Source: the human T2T-CHM13v2.0 reference genome, Homo sapiens. Taken from it: a DNA stretch of 64,000 nt. Position 1 is the first letter of the stretch. Each line of letters starts with the position of its first letter. Positions 13,501-29,939 of the stretch are shown here, in pieces. The notes under the pieces were generated by a model, which saw only the letters and a list, made by a program, of their open reading frames with translations, was not told the origin of the DNA and searched no databases. The DNA lies in assembly GCF_009914755.1 (NCBI RefSeq), contig NC_060925.1; one strand, written 5' to 3'. Both the position numbers and the translations under genes were made by a program.

Positions 13501-16163
13501 GTAGAAACTTCTGCTGTATTTCACTTTATGTATATTTTACATGCACGTAGTGATTAGTCATTGCTATCAGTGATTCACTCTTTATGTAATTATACAAAGG
13601 TCTAATCTGATTCTTAGCATCTTTAACTTTTGAATCACATCCTTTTTTGTTGTCTTGAGTCAGAAACATGTACTCATTCTATAGTTTTTCCTTTGCTCTT
13701 ACTCTTTTATTTTATTTTTACTTTACTAACAATATGTTGATGGATCGGAATTTGTATTTTTTGGCAAACATACTTTCCTTTTTTCTGCCTCTCCTGATCT
13801 CTTAGCCTTGTATATCACTCAGGGTACCATGACAATGCCAGTCTCTCCCCACCACACACCTCACCCTTGACCAAGCCTCCACCAGCTGAAATTCTGCATC
13901 TCCTACAAGGCTCAGCATAAAAGCTACCTCCTTCATGAGCCTGCCTGTTTCCCTCCAGATCCTTGTCAGTTCACTTATAATTCAGACAACACGTACCCCT
14001 CCAAAAGTGCTGAGATTACAGGCATGAGGCACAGCACCCGGCCCACTCCTAATGCTATTTTAAAATTTTTTTAAAATTCTTATTTTTCCAGGTAATATAT
14101 TTGAAAGACTATAAACTCTTTGACGTCAGGGATTTTTAAAAAATTTCTTTATATTTTTGCTTGGGATAATACACAGATGGTTTCTATTTCCTGAATGAGA
14201 GACAAATCGGATATTCTGAGATCCTTACAATAATTAGGAAAGACACCCAAATTGTTGGTGGCACCTTCTTTGTTATCTTGAGACTTGTTCAACCGAGGCT
14301 TCTCGACTGGTTTAACTGGTATTACATTTGCTGGAAAGCTGTCATTCTTAAACAAAGCCTTGGACATTAGGTACCATGTAAGATAGCTATGTTTCATTAA
14401 TAAATTGCTTCCATGGTGATATAGTAACCTCATTAGGTTGCAAATATACCGAGCATGTCAACCGTATTTGAGTAGTTTGGTAGTTTAGATGGGTAATGGT
14501 TCAAATGTATTCTTTAATAATAGAATTTACTAGAGAGGAAGGAACACCTACCTCAGAGAAGAGGTTGAGATAATGAGCAAGGAGGATTTCAGACTGCTTT
14601 CGTTGAAAATAAAACTCATCATGGCACAGTGTGGAGGCTACAACCAGAAGTGGACTTCAGAGAGAGAATTAGCACAAGCAGAAGACCCACTATAAATATG
14701 ACTCACTATAAATATGAGGGGTAGAAAAATAAAATGGAAGAGGTAAAATAAAGGAAGCATAACTATAATACCTTATGACTGAGGCCTGCTAGATATTGGT
14801 CATTCTTGGACTGTAAAAGTAGGAAAGAGACTGTGGGGTCAAGATGGGCAAGAAAGAGAAACTAATGTCACCTTGGACATCTAGCACAGCAATAGACTTC
14901 CACTTGGTCCAGGGCCAGCACAGAGCAACAAGAGTGTAATCTCAGAACTTTGTTTGAAATACATAGTTTGGCAGGAATATATTGAAAATTTCCTAATGAT
15001 TACAAGATAGAAAATGTCTAAGCTCTTTTCCAATAGCAGGCATAAGACAAACAAAACCTTAGACTCTCTACTTAGGAGTGTAACATACCATCACAAATTT
15101 GAGGAGTGAATTTAGGATCATTTTCTGGTATTCGATGGGTGTTCTTTTAAAATACGGTTCTAAGTCTAAGTCTAACATTCGGTGTATCTAACCGAATGTT
15201 AATTGATGGAGACAAGGTGATACGGGTTCAGAAAATAGAATTCAGAAAAGAAAAGGAAGAATTGGCAAAATTCAGAAATCAATTTTAAGAAAAATGTTAA
15301 AGCTTAGGGAAGTAACTGAAAATGTTCCAGATGACCAAAGTATTTTGAGTCAAAGAAATCCAGGAGAGCTATATGTTCTTTAAAGAACCTTTCTAAGGAC
15401 TCAGGAGAATAAAAGCTCTTTCCATACCAGAAGAGGTTGTGAAGGTAAAACAAGAAGGAAATTAGTTTGTCTAAAACAAAAATCCATCCAAGGGCCGGAA
15501 ACACTAGAGAGAACACAGTGGAGCTAATTTCATTTCTCAACCTTTTTTTGATTATTAACCTCAATCTGTGAACCTTTTTTCCATAAATTGTAATAACACA
15601 GATACACTGTGTATCTGTTTATGTACTGTGACTCTTCAGTGGATCACAAACCATTATTTAAGGTTTTGTTACCCCGCCTTCACCTCAATCAATTTTTCCT
15701 AGGGGCAAGATTGTCCCCCGCTTGAGAACACATGGTGTAGCATGATTCTATATCATGTTTAAAATCACAAAAGTGCCATATAAAACTTAAAGACATGAAA
15801 AATAGTCAACATATCTATAAATTTTTGTATGAATATATACAATACCTTAATTTACACATCCTCTGGAATTAAATTACTTTTTTTGCAAATAAAGCATACT
15901 TTATTGACCCTTCAGCTGAAACTTACATGTAAAAATGTAAGGTTTCTAGTCCCAATTTTACATTGACAAAATTATTAAATTCATAAAGTTGTCTCTCAAA
16001 AGCCTCCCCTACCTGTATCCTTTTATTTCCTGGAAGGGAAGCCCTCCGCAAACTTCAGACATTCAACATCCTTTATATATTTCTGTTATGCTGGAATGCT
16101 GTGGTATTATTCATTCTTTTGACTAATCAATTGTATGAGTATAAATTGGTATGTCTCTATTAG

Positions 16164-16524
<361 letters not shown>

Positions 16525-17269
16525 TACTTATTTATAATTATGAAACACTGCGTTCCATAACTAAGAGATTTCAGTTCACAACAAGTAGATCTGGGAGGAG
16601 GAGAGGGCCTCTGAAGAAATTCTTGGCTTTCTCATGTTTAGTGCCTTGCTTGGGTTCTTTAGGTAGCATGAGCCTATCATGGCAGCTGTGAGGACTAGAG
16701 GAGCTTGTCTCCTTTATATATTGGCTGCTTTCAGCATCTGGAGCCTGGCATGCTCCCTTCCCCCCCAACAACTCATCCCTCATCTCCTCCAGCTTTTATT
16801 TAAACCATATTCTTTTCCTTTACCCTCAAACCTCCAGAAATATATTTGTTTTTCCACATATTTTCTCTGTTTGATTTTTGGAGCTACACTGAAACTGCCA
16901 CAAGGGCAGAGGCCATATCTGTCTTGTTCACTGCCATATATCTACAGCACTTGCAAAGTGTCTGGGGCATAGCTGCTCAATAAATAATCATGTTATAAAT
17001 ATTTAATGACATAATTTACAGTAACATTTCTTACCTATTTGGAGTATATCCATTGTCTTTTCTACTATTTTAGATTCTGATGATGAAATTTGAAAGTATA
17101 CTTAGAAGTCATACTTCTTAATAGGGACATTAAGAGACATGTAAATATTTCTATATGTGATTGAAAAGCAGGAGAAAGTATATAAATAATTATAAATTAG
17201 GAGTAAGCATATAAAACATGAGTTAAGACATCAAAGTAAATCCTAGGTAACAGTCACTAAATAAACTAA

Positions 17270-17602
<333 letters not shown>

Positions 17603-19672
17603 TCTCCTTATGTATTTTAAGAACTTATCAAAATCAACAAAAATTACTAACTAGTCTTTTTCAAATATCTTAGAGATTTATGAAAACTAGAAACTGGCTC
17701 AAATATCTTTTTAATATGAAAGATATATCCTATAAATGTAACTTCTGGGAAAATACTGTAGAGAAATTACTATGAGAATGGCTTCATTAGCAAAACATTG
17801 TCAGGCTAATTTATATTATCTCTTGATATTAGCAAGGTTCAGTATAATATGCTTATCAGTAAAGTTAGGAGATACTGTCCAGCACACATAACTTTCTAGT
17901 TAGTGCACTGCTATGTGGACAACTGTGACCAGAAAGTGATTATCAACTGAGGAAGTAGCAGCTGGAGGTATGTCCAGGGTTTGGATCTGAGTTGGGTGTT
18001 TTAGAATTTTATCTGAGGATCTGGATGGCATAATAGAAAACATGCAGGTGATATTTATATAAGTGACTTTGTGGTGTATAGAGTGCCTTGATTTTGAAGC
18101 AAGAATTTGAAAAGAGTTTGGCAAAATAAAATATATAAAATTAAAGTGAAAGGAAATAATCAAAGATAAGCAATTAAATTCATTTAAGGAAAGCACAGGG
18201 TGGTACATTGAATAAAACCAAGCAAATGACATAAATATACTACATTTGTATTTGTTTTGTTAAATTTGTTTCTGTAGTTTCCAGTATTTAGAATAGTATA
18301 TGACATGAAGCAAACATTTAATACACATTTGCTGAATAAATATATGAATAAAATATAAGATGGAGGAAGACAACATGTGATTAGAGCAAAATTAAGATTA
18401 TTCCTAAGGGGATGGAAATGCGTAAGTACTAAACTGTTAGAAAAACTTTTTGGACAAATAATTTCTGAGCATGTGTTAAAATTTTATTTGTCTTAGGTGT
18501 AAAATGTTTCTGGTAGATGGATTCAAAAATTCATTCTTAGGGACATTTGGTAAGAAAAGTGAATGGTCAGATATAGCTAACCTAGATTTAAAAAATGTGG
18601 GTTCAAGGTCACTAGACTTTTCACTGACACCTAACAATTTAACTGGATGGCTAGGTAGCTGGTTTCTAAGAACAAGTGTTTCCCTATTAAACTTAATCAG
18701 AAAATTGCTTAATTATTAGGAATATGTGTTTCTTCATAGAAGGAGATTGTGAATTCTACTTCACAAATAGGTTCTGTTGCTGATCAAGTTAGAAACTTTT
18801 TTTTTTAATAGTCTCTCAATTTAGACAGTCTTTGCAGGTCTGTCTTGGTCAAGGAAGTCTATCCATCTCATTACATTTTTGCATTAGGGTCATTGAATTT
18901 GTTACCTACTCATTAACTTTTAGGTTTCTTTATTTACACTTTGCATCCAGAGTCACAGTTACAAGCACTATTTATATAAACACTGATAATACTTTGAACT
19001 GGTTTTCTATACCAGGGAAGATTTTCAAAGCATAATCTAAACTAACATAGTTTCAGTGTTATCTACTTTATATAATTTATGGTCCTGGGCTTCTATATTT
19101 CTGTGTTCTGTTCTACTTAGCATGCTTTGTTTTAAAAGGTACCGCAAGAGGAGCTTATTAATCCGTTTAAACGATCTTTTTATGTGATCAAGGCATTCGC
19201 TGCCATATGATATTGCACAACCAGTAAGGCCAATGAGTTAACATCTTTGTGGAAGCTTTGTGAAATCCTTGAAGTTATGTTTTTATTGCTTCTTTCACAC
19301 TAGAAGTAATTTTTATAGTACTTTCCTCTCAGCTTGTCTACTCCAAGGCCAGAACTCAGGGAGTATCTAATTTATCTCCATCAGATTTTGCCTCTAGTAC
19401 TTGTAACTGTGGTAACCCTATTTTCTTGAGGACGCTTTTTTCCTCCTCAGATTCTTATCCTGCTAGATAGTTATATTCCGTACTGCCTAAAAAGTTGAGA
19501 TTCTTTTGACCATAGAGTAGATACCAGACTAGTATCCAGGGAGGATGTTCTGTGCATTGCTACAATTTATGTAGTGTAGCATTAGTACCTTAATAGGATT
19601 TTCATGTCAAACTAAATTTATCTCTAAATGTGACACTTTGGGCACAGCATGTTAGAAATTAGGTTTATTCAT

Positions 19673-20283
<611 letters not shown>

Positions 20284-20325
20284 TTATTCAATTATATACC
20301 AGTAGGAAGGAGGATATATTCTATT

Positions 20326-20620
20326 CTTTTTTGTTGTTTGTTTGTTTTTGAGACAGGGCCTTGCTCTGTCATCCTGGCCAGAGTGCAATGGCACAATCTT
20401 GGCTCACTACAACCTCTACCTCTGAGACTCAAGCCATCCTTCTACCTCACCGTCCAGAGTAGCTGGAAGCACAGGCACACGCCACCACACCCAGCTATTT
20501 TTTGTGGAGACAGGGTTTCATCATGTTGCCCAAGCTGTTCTCAAACTCCAGAGCTCAAGTGATCCACCTGCCCTGCCTCACAAAGTGCTGAAGTTACAGG
20601 CATAAGCCACCATGTCCAGC
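20326..20620 (-). mobile_element. Alu (AluJ-like)
   Basis: Diverged reverse Alu; flanking GGAGGA(T/C)ATATTCT repeats. Confidence 0.9.
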
Positions 20621-21403
20621 TGGGAGGACATATTCTTAATGAACCTATACAAATAGCTACATTACCAGGAGCAGTAAAGTGTCTCAATGTGTATAGTAAT
20701 GACTACCATTCTGCATGGTTTTGTGGACTAGGCAAACCTATTTATGTCACATTTTATAGAGAATTGTAGATTCCATGATAGTGGAGTTATATACAAAAAG
20801 TTGTGTTGCTTTTAAGTATGATAAGAATAAGTAAAGTTTATGTAAATGATCATTAACAAAAATGAGTTGTGTTTTTGTAAGTTTACCTCTTTAAAATTCA
20901 ATTTTGAAAGGATTTTTAGGTTCTCCTGGGTATTCACTAGTTTATTGTCACAGCTTTTCCTGTTATTTCATACAGGATGTTTTCCTTCATAGTGATAGAA
21001 TACTAGACATTTTGTGAGTTCCAGAATTCTAAAGCATGTGCTCATGCTGTGTAGTATTCTGAAGAATATAGTCCCTCACCCTCTAAAACCGGGCTTCTGA
21101 CATACACGGTACTATTTGATAACATAACAATCAAACATTTGAATTTTGATATAGTTATAGGCATAACCAATAATCAGAGGTGTTTAAGTTACAATTTCTT
21201 TGTTTCAAGTTTTTAAAAAAGATAACCTACAAATGCACTGAAATAACCTACTAAATTAAGGGTTAGAGATAATAATCTAAGAAGAAAAGCAGGGGCTTAT
21301 CAAATACCTTTCAAAAAATAAAACATCAATGGTAGGATAGCTTTCTATCAATTAACTCTTGAGTTTATAACAATTATAAACTGACCAAAATATAAAACCC
21401 CAC

Positions 21404-21690
<287 letters not shown>

Positions 21691-21899
21691 GAAACCCCAC
21701 TATTTAAAGGCATGGGAATGCAACCAAAGCAAGTAGAAATGGAGGGGAACTGATCCTTGACAGAAAGAGACTCCACTGGATGAGATTTGAATTATGACTT
21801 TTCTCCTGAAACCAGTACCCAGTCCATATGGTCTACAGCTACTAACTCTCATACCTGACACTGCAGTTATACATAGTCCAAAGGTAGAGTTTGAACCTT

Positions 21900-24110
21900 G
21901 CTCTGTGGTTGGAAAGTGAAGGGGAAATCCTAGGGGGAAAAAAGTCACATAAAAGAGATTGCCCTCAAATCCGCATATAAACTCTTACCAAATCTTTGCC
22001 TGACCCCAGAAGTGCTCATGAGAGGAGTTAGGCTCCATGTAAACCTAAACCCCTGAGCAGCAGGAAGCCTAAAATGCTTGAGCAGACATTTTAGCTGCTG
22101 CCCACCTTAGAGAAGACAGTTTAGTTTCAGTATAACCGAGTCAATGGCCTGCTAAAGCTAAAAATCAGTATTTTCCAAAGGGAAATAATAGACTACAGAG
22201 CTTCCATAATATGTCATCCAGAATATCCAGGATAAAATCAGACTAGTAGGCATGAAAATGCACAGGAAATATAACTCATTATCAAGACAAAATACAGTCA
22301 ATAGAAATTAACTCCAAGATGATCCAAATGTTAAAGTTAGCAAATAATAAATTTTAAAACTGCTATTATAGTATTGTGAAAAGAAAATATAGTCATAATG
22401 AATTAACAGATGAGAACTCTCAGCAAAGAAATGGAAATTATAAAAAACAGTAAAATAGAAATTCCAGAATGAAAAATCCACTGGATGAGCTTAACAACAA
22501 TTGGAGGTAGCAAAGTAAAGAGTAGAGAATTTGAACATGTATTGATAGAAATAATATAATCTGAACAATAGAGAGAAAATGATTGAAAAAAAATTGCACA
22601 GAGCCATAATGGCATGTGGGAAAATGTCAAGATAAGAATGTCCTGGAAAGAGAAGAGAGGAAAAAATGGAGGAAAAAAGAGAGAAAAAAAGTGAAGAAAG
22701 AATGGCCATACACTTCGCAATTATGGTGAAAACACATCAACTTACCAATCTGAAAAGCACATTATACCACAAGCAGGTTAAGTACAACAATACCATTCCT
22801 GGGTATATTACCACAGTCTAACTACTGAAAACCAAAGATAAGGAGAAAACTATAGAAACAGCTAGAGAAAATTAAAATACATGTCATAGAGTATAACAAT
22901 ATAGATGATGAGTGAGTTTTTTCTCAAAAAAGGACAAAACATTATTATTGAAATATTAGAGTGTTTTCTCTGAACCCAATAGAATTAAATTAGAAAATAG
23001 GAACAATAAGATGTTTAGAAGAGCCTCAAATATTTGTAAATAAAATAAGAAACTTCTACATATCTTATGGGCCAAAGAAAAATTCAAAAAGGTTAAAAAT
23101 ATTTCAAACTGAATGATAAAAATATAGCATTGAAATTAATGGGAAAAAATAATGAGATAGCTAAAGCAGGGCATAGGTAGTTTGGTAGGAAGATGATCAG
23201 ATAGATAGATAGATAGATAGATAGATATGGTTACTTAGAACTTGATATTCTATATTATGAAACTTTTAATATTAATCATCTTAATTTCCACCACAAGAAG
23301 CTGGATTAGATTCCCAAAAGCATAGAAAGAAATACTAGATTTAAGAACAGAATAAATGAAATCGAAATCAGATGAGTGACAGAAAAATATTAAATAAGAC
23401 AAATGTTGGTACTTTGAAAACATTAATGAATCTAGCCAAACCATTAAAGAGGTGAGGGGGAGTAGGGGATGGAGAACCCAAATTACCAATATCAGGAATG
23501 GAAGAGGGGTATCACTACAGACCCTACTGACGTTAAAAGGATAGCAAGGAAATATTGTGAAAACTATATGCCAATACATTTGACAACTTAAATGGGAAAA
23601 AGTTTCTTGAAAAGCACAATTACAAAGCCTGACAGAAATTTTATTTATAACCAAAAACTTTCCCATAAGGAAAACTTCAAAGGGGATTTAATCCCAAGAA
23701 TGCAAGGTTGGTTTAACATTCAAAAATCAATCACTGTAATTCATCATATTAAATGATCATATGGTTTTTCTCCTTTATTATTTCAGTAGATGCATTCAAT
23801 ATTTTCAGCATCTAGTAATGATAAAGATTTTCAAAGATTTTCTATCAATCTCATACACATTTTATTTTAAAATAACCTATAGCTAGCATCATACTTAATG
23901 GTGAAGTTTTGAATGCCTTCCCCTTGAGATCAGAACTAAGCAATTATATCTTCTCTCATCACTTCCATTCAGCATTATACAGGAGGCTGGCCAGTGTGAT
24001 AAGGATGAAAAAAATTAAAGATTAAAAGAAAGAAGTAGAACTACTTTTCTTTATAAGCTTTGTGGTTAGAAATTGGGATTCCATATTCTAAGGAATCTAC
24101 AAAGCAACAA
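21900..24110 (+). mobile_element. Old L1 (L1M) 5'/ORF1/ORF2 fragments
   Basis: A-rich strand; degraded ORF2 motifs (ATCACTACAGACCCTACTGAC, GAATGCAAGGTTGGTTTAACATTCAAAAATCAAT); (GATA)n at 23199-23227. Confidence 0.8.
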
Positions 24111-25068
24111 CGAAAAATAATAAGTGCCACACTAACTTGTAATCGACATGAAGATATGTAAAATTTACCAAAAAATCTTACCAGTAAATCTGTTGACAAT
24201 CACCATGTCAATCAGCCCTTGTATATGAACATGAATATGATTTTACTTACTCTGAAAGGGTATTTAATAACATAACATTAATAATATTTTACCTGTTAAT
24301 TTATCTTTACCTGACAGCTTTCCCCATAATGTGAGTGCAATAAACAGAATTGCCTACTGTTGACCTAATTAAAGATTAAGGAACAAATCAATTAAAAGTA
24401 ATTATTTCTAGCCTCTCTTTCTTGTAAGTACCATATCCTGGATTATAGGAGACAAAGCAAATCTTCGGTGCTACCTAGATGCTATTATGTATCAAACATG
24501 GATTGGGTTATCAAAGTGCCTCCTCCTTTTTATATAGCTCCAAATTAGGAACATGATCTTAAAGGAAGGCAGCATTTTAACATGTTGTCAGATAAGAATG
24601 CAGATGCCCAGGGAATTGAGAAGGTCATAGTATTGCCTAGCTTATTTACTAATAACTGTATCAGAAAGTACATAAGAAATGTTAGAATTTTAATTTCTCT
24701 AGAGGCCAGGAATCTTTATTATTCTTGTTTCATTTCGGTATTTTGAAATACTAAAAAGCAGCACAAAAGCATGAAATTGACTTGCCGCTTCTGAAAGAAC
24801 ACATTTGGGTTGGGTGAGAAAAAATATATAACTTTTACTCTCTGGGTACAATATACGGTAAGTAAATAACTTTACAGATTTATTTCTAGAAAAGGCCATC
24901 TCGAAAATAATTTTTCATTTTGAGTTACCAGTTATCTATCCTACTTAGCTACTTCAAAAAACTTAATTTTATCTCAAAATGTGTTATTTTTCATACAAAT
25001 CACACAGGCCAAACAATGGTGTGTGACAATTTTTAGTGTTAAATGTTAGTTTTTAAAATAAAATTACT

Positions 25069-25353
<285 letters not shown>

Positions 25354-25814
25354 TTATAGTCTTATTTGAATATTATGAAGAAAAAAATATGTTTATAAAT
25401 CGAATACATAGGTTAAAACTATTGTATAAGTATTTTGCCAAAGATTATTCATTGAATTCCTAATTTTAATATTAGCCCCTGCTTAAAATTAATTATCTAA
25501 AATTGCAATTTAAATTACCATTTAAAATAATTACTGTTCGTATTCAAAGCCTATAAGAGAAATACAACATCCCATGATTTAACATTACTGCAACATTGCC
25601 TAAAATTTACAACCATTAAAGAACAGACACTAGTTATAATTCATTGTTGTTGGGTACATCTACAGTCTTAAATTTTTAGTATAAATAATAACCAACCATC
25701 TGACCTATGAGACAAATATAAGGAAGTTAATATCTTCTAGTTTAATGCACATTGTATCAGAGAACAGACAGGGTGAACCAAAACACATGAATGAATTGCA
25801 CAAACTAAAATACA

Positions 25815-26370
25815 TTTTTAACAGCTTTATTGAGATATAATATACAAACCACATATTTGTTTACAGTATACAATTCAATAGCTTTTATCATAATTATAGA
25901 ATTGTGTAACTATCACCATAATCTAATTTTAAAACATTTTTATCACCCCAAAAAGTAACATCTATGCATTAGCTATTACCCCTGCTCCCCATCCTCTACT
26001 TCTCCCACAGCCATTACTCTATTTTTGTCACAATAGATTTGCCTATTCTGGACAGCTCATGTAAGTGGTATCAAAAATACGTGTTTTTTGTGACTAACTT
26101 CTTTCACTTAGCATATATTTAAGGTTCATTAATGTTGTGGCATATATCAATGCCCCACTTCTTTGTCAAATAATATTTCATAGTCTCAACATACCACATT
26201 TTGTTTATCCATCCATCAGTTAATGGGCATTTTGGTTGTTTTCACCTTTTAGCTTTTGTAAATCATTCTTTTATGAACATTCATGTATATGTATTTGAGT
26301 ACCTGTTTTAAATTCCTGTGGATATTCCCCTAGGAATAGAATTTCTGGGTAATATGATAACTCTGTGTTT
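25815..26370 (-). mobile_element. L1M (MB/MC-type) 3' end
   Basis: AGCTTTATTGAGATATAA...TTTGTTTATCCATCCATCAGTTAATGGGCATTT. Confidence 0.8.
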
Positions 26371-28526
26371 GACATTGTGATGTAAATGAGGTATAATTTT
26401 TGCATCCTATCCCTAACTAAAATAAAATCCATGCTAAGGCATTTAACTGTCTTTTTAATGACGTTTAACAAACTAATTTGTCTAAGCATTAATCATTACT
26501 GGAATATCAATTGAACTTCAAATTTTATATAATTAATTCATAGTTGTTTGCAAAGTACTATTAAAGCACTAGTAAAGCTCTTTACATTTTGGATTTAAAG
26601 TTCTAGTTAAATATGGAAAGAGCTGCTGAAAGCTGACAGGGTAGCTAGTTGCATTTTTGTTGTTCTTGTTCCTTATCCCTAGTGATCTGTACGTCATCTG
26701 TTAACTCCAAACATTCCTTCTGTGCATTTTTCCCCTCTTTTTGTTGTGTGTCCAGAAAAGATTTTTTTTAAGATTTTCTTATTCTAGATATAAATAACTG
26801 CTATTAGTTTCTGTCTAGAAAATGTGAACTCCATCTATTTGAAAAACTTCACAGTCATGCTAATTTCTCTCTGGAAGGAAGTAAAGTTATTTTACCTCCT
26901 GGAGGTAAATAAAACACCTTTCCTTGAAACATTCTTTCAGGCACTATTCCTTTGCCCAGGGTGGTGGAGGAACTATCTTGACAGGCTGTAGATTCTATCT
27001 GTTTTGGTCTATTTAGAGATGCTCTTTTAATTCACTGTCACCCAGACTTGGCAGAAATTTCCTTTAACTCTTTCTTATCACACACCTGTGAAATCACCCA
27101 GGCAGATTTCCCCTCCTCTCTTTGTTTCAAAGTGAATTCATTTGTTTAATGAGATGTTCTTCAAAACACAGGACAAACTTTTGTGACCCCTTTAACTTTC
27201 ATTCTTAGAGGCATTCTAAGCAAATGAGAAGCTCTCATTCTAGTAGTTGAGTCCTAGGTATTCAAAGGACTCACTGACCAAAAATATAGAACACTGTAAG
27301 TAACTGTTTACAGACACAGACAATTGTACAGGAAACCTCTGAACCCATTCCTATAGGATACAATTTTAACTGTTCAACAAATGTAAATACTGATACAAAT
27401 ATATACACAAACCCACTGCAGGCAAAACACAAAATAACTTAAGATTTCTGTGAATGTTGTCATAGGATAATTTTCAAAAAGTTAAACATGACTCTTAAAT
27501 ATAGAATGAACAGTCAAAGATTTATTTAACTCATAAATGAGGGAGCCAGCAGGATGGCAAAACTGGTGCAAAGAGTGTTCAAGGAATTATTTTTGAAAGG
27601 AATGTTAGAATAACATTGCTAGATATAAAACTAGGTAATGTCCTTCAGGAAAATAAAACCCATAATGTTTTTAGTTTTCTTTTCTACCAGCCAAAAATCT
27701 ACAAGACTGGAATTTAATCAGTAGAAATTAGGAAGTAAAAAAAAAAAGGTATATTTCCCCAAGTAATCCATGGGTGGGCCAATTAAATAATTATTCAGTA
27801 TTACATTGAAAGGATATATTGCTCTACCTTTCCCTCACTTCCAAGTTTTGAATACTTTTTGAAACAATGTACACTTGCTTATCCTAAATGTTCTTTTTAA
27901 GGGCTTTGGTTGTTTCTTAGTAATATAGTAAACTTTAAGCCATAGAATGTGTCAAATACAAAACACTGGTGGTGGAAATCTTCAAACTTAGAACATGGGT
28001 TCTAGGAACAGAAGTTTTGGGTTCTACACTTCCACACTTACATCCCTCCAATATCAAATACTGCTCTGATTTCACCCTGGGGGAGGAGTCCTGTTTTAAC
28101 TCCAACCCCAAGTTCAACCACTTCTTAGAGCTCAAACAGCTCTCCAAGCTCTCAACTTAGATGGCAAGTCATTTTAAGCCCAGTAGAATGGGAGTCCCTT
28201 CAGATGGCCATTAGACATTGACATTCAAGTGCTCAAATTGCCATATCTCAGAAAAAAAATAATCCAGTGATCAAGAAGCATAACACAGTGGGTAACAATA
28301 GCATATATGCCATGAAGTACCTTGATCCAGAGGCTGACAATAACTGTTTCTCTTGAGGTGAGCAGGTCTCCAAGGGAGTTCTGAGAACCATTGCAACAGG
28401 AATTGACAAGCTGTGGCCCATGCATTTTGAGTTAGTGCAAACTGTTTTGGTATGGCCCACTTGCTGAGATTGGCTTTTCTATTTTTAAAGGATTGTTTAA
28501 ATTTTTTAAAAAGAATATGCAACATA

Positions 28527-28851
<325 letters not shown>

Positions 28852-29939
28852 TTATAAACCCTAAGTATTTGCTTTCCCTCCCTTTATAGGAAAAAGTTTA
28901 TGGATCCTTGCATTTTAAAAAAGATTGACAATTTACTTGTTAGTGTATGTTAAAGCTTTGTAATAAACTTGCTGTAAGGGAGGAGTTTGTTAGTAGGCTA
29001 ATTCAGAGATTTGCTCTTGATAGGGACATTTTGTAGCAAAAGAGAATTGTTAGAAAAATTACTAGATTTGACATCAAAATAAAACAATATTTTGTTAAAG
29101 GTCACTAAATTCTTGGTTGACAGCTGGTCAACTGCATGGGTCATATCTAATTTCCCAAAATAAGTCCTAGTGTCATTAAAGTTCATGAGAATCAATTACA
29201 GAAGCATTTTGTCAGGAACACTCATTTCTTTCTGAGAGGAGGTTGTAAGTAATATCACACAAACAGGTTTGGGACTATTTTTCTTTTTCAAGGCAATGTA
29301 GTATATTTTTAAAAGCATACACTGGAGTGCTGGGGTGCAGTAAAAGAAAAGTAAAACTGTAGGAATCTTTTGATGCCACACTAACTCATACCTTGTTGGA
29401 ATTTAGATACACAATGAAATATGAAGATAAAACAATGGGAAAAGAATCAGAAGACCATCACAGAGTGGGTTAGAGCATTGAAAACAGGATCTATGTGGGA
29501 AAGATGAAAGGAATTGAGATATTGCTGCTAAGATGGGGTCCAGGAAAAAGTTAGTAATTATTTCCAGGGGTATGAAAAGGTCTCTGAATCTGAGGAGCAA
29601 TTTTGCATCTCTTCTGAAAAGAGATAAGAGTTTAACCTGCTGCACAAAGATTTTGGTGGTTAAGAATAATAATTTTGAAGCTTCAAGTAATCAACCTTTT
29701 CACAAATTTGCATAGTGGCTGGGTCTCTGGGATATCTTAAAAATAGAACAGAGTTGGGGCTCTCTGTCATGGGTTTAGTGTGGTCTTGCCTGAAGGTTTA
29801 ATCAGATAACCCCTTATGATCAGTCTTGCATTATCATTTAAGACCACACTAGGTACGAGGCTCTCAGCGGTGGATCAAAGGGAAAATAAAAGAGGACCAC
29901 ACTGGGTGCAGATCACCAGATCCACTGGCTTTCTAGGGG

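Noticed and set aside
14693-14712. TAAATATGACTCACTATA resembles the T7 promoter
   Set aside because: Imperfect match, explained by a local 16-bp duplication; no vector context.
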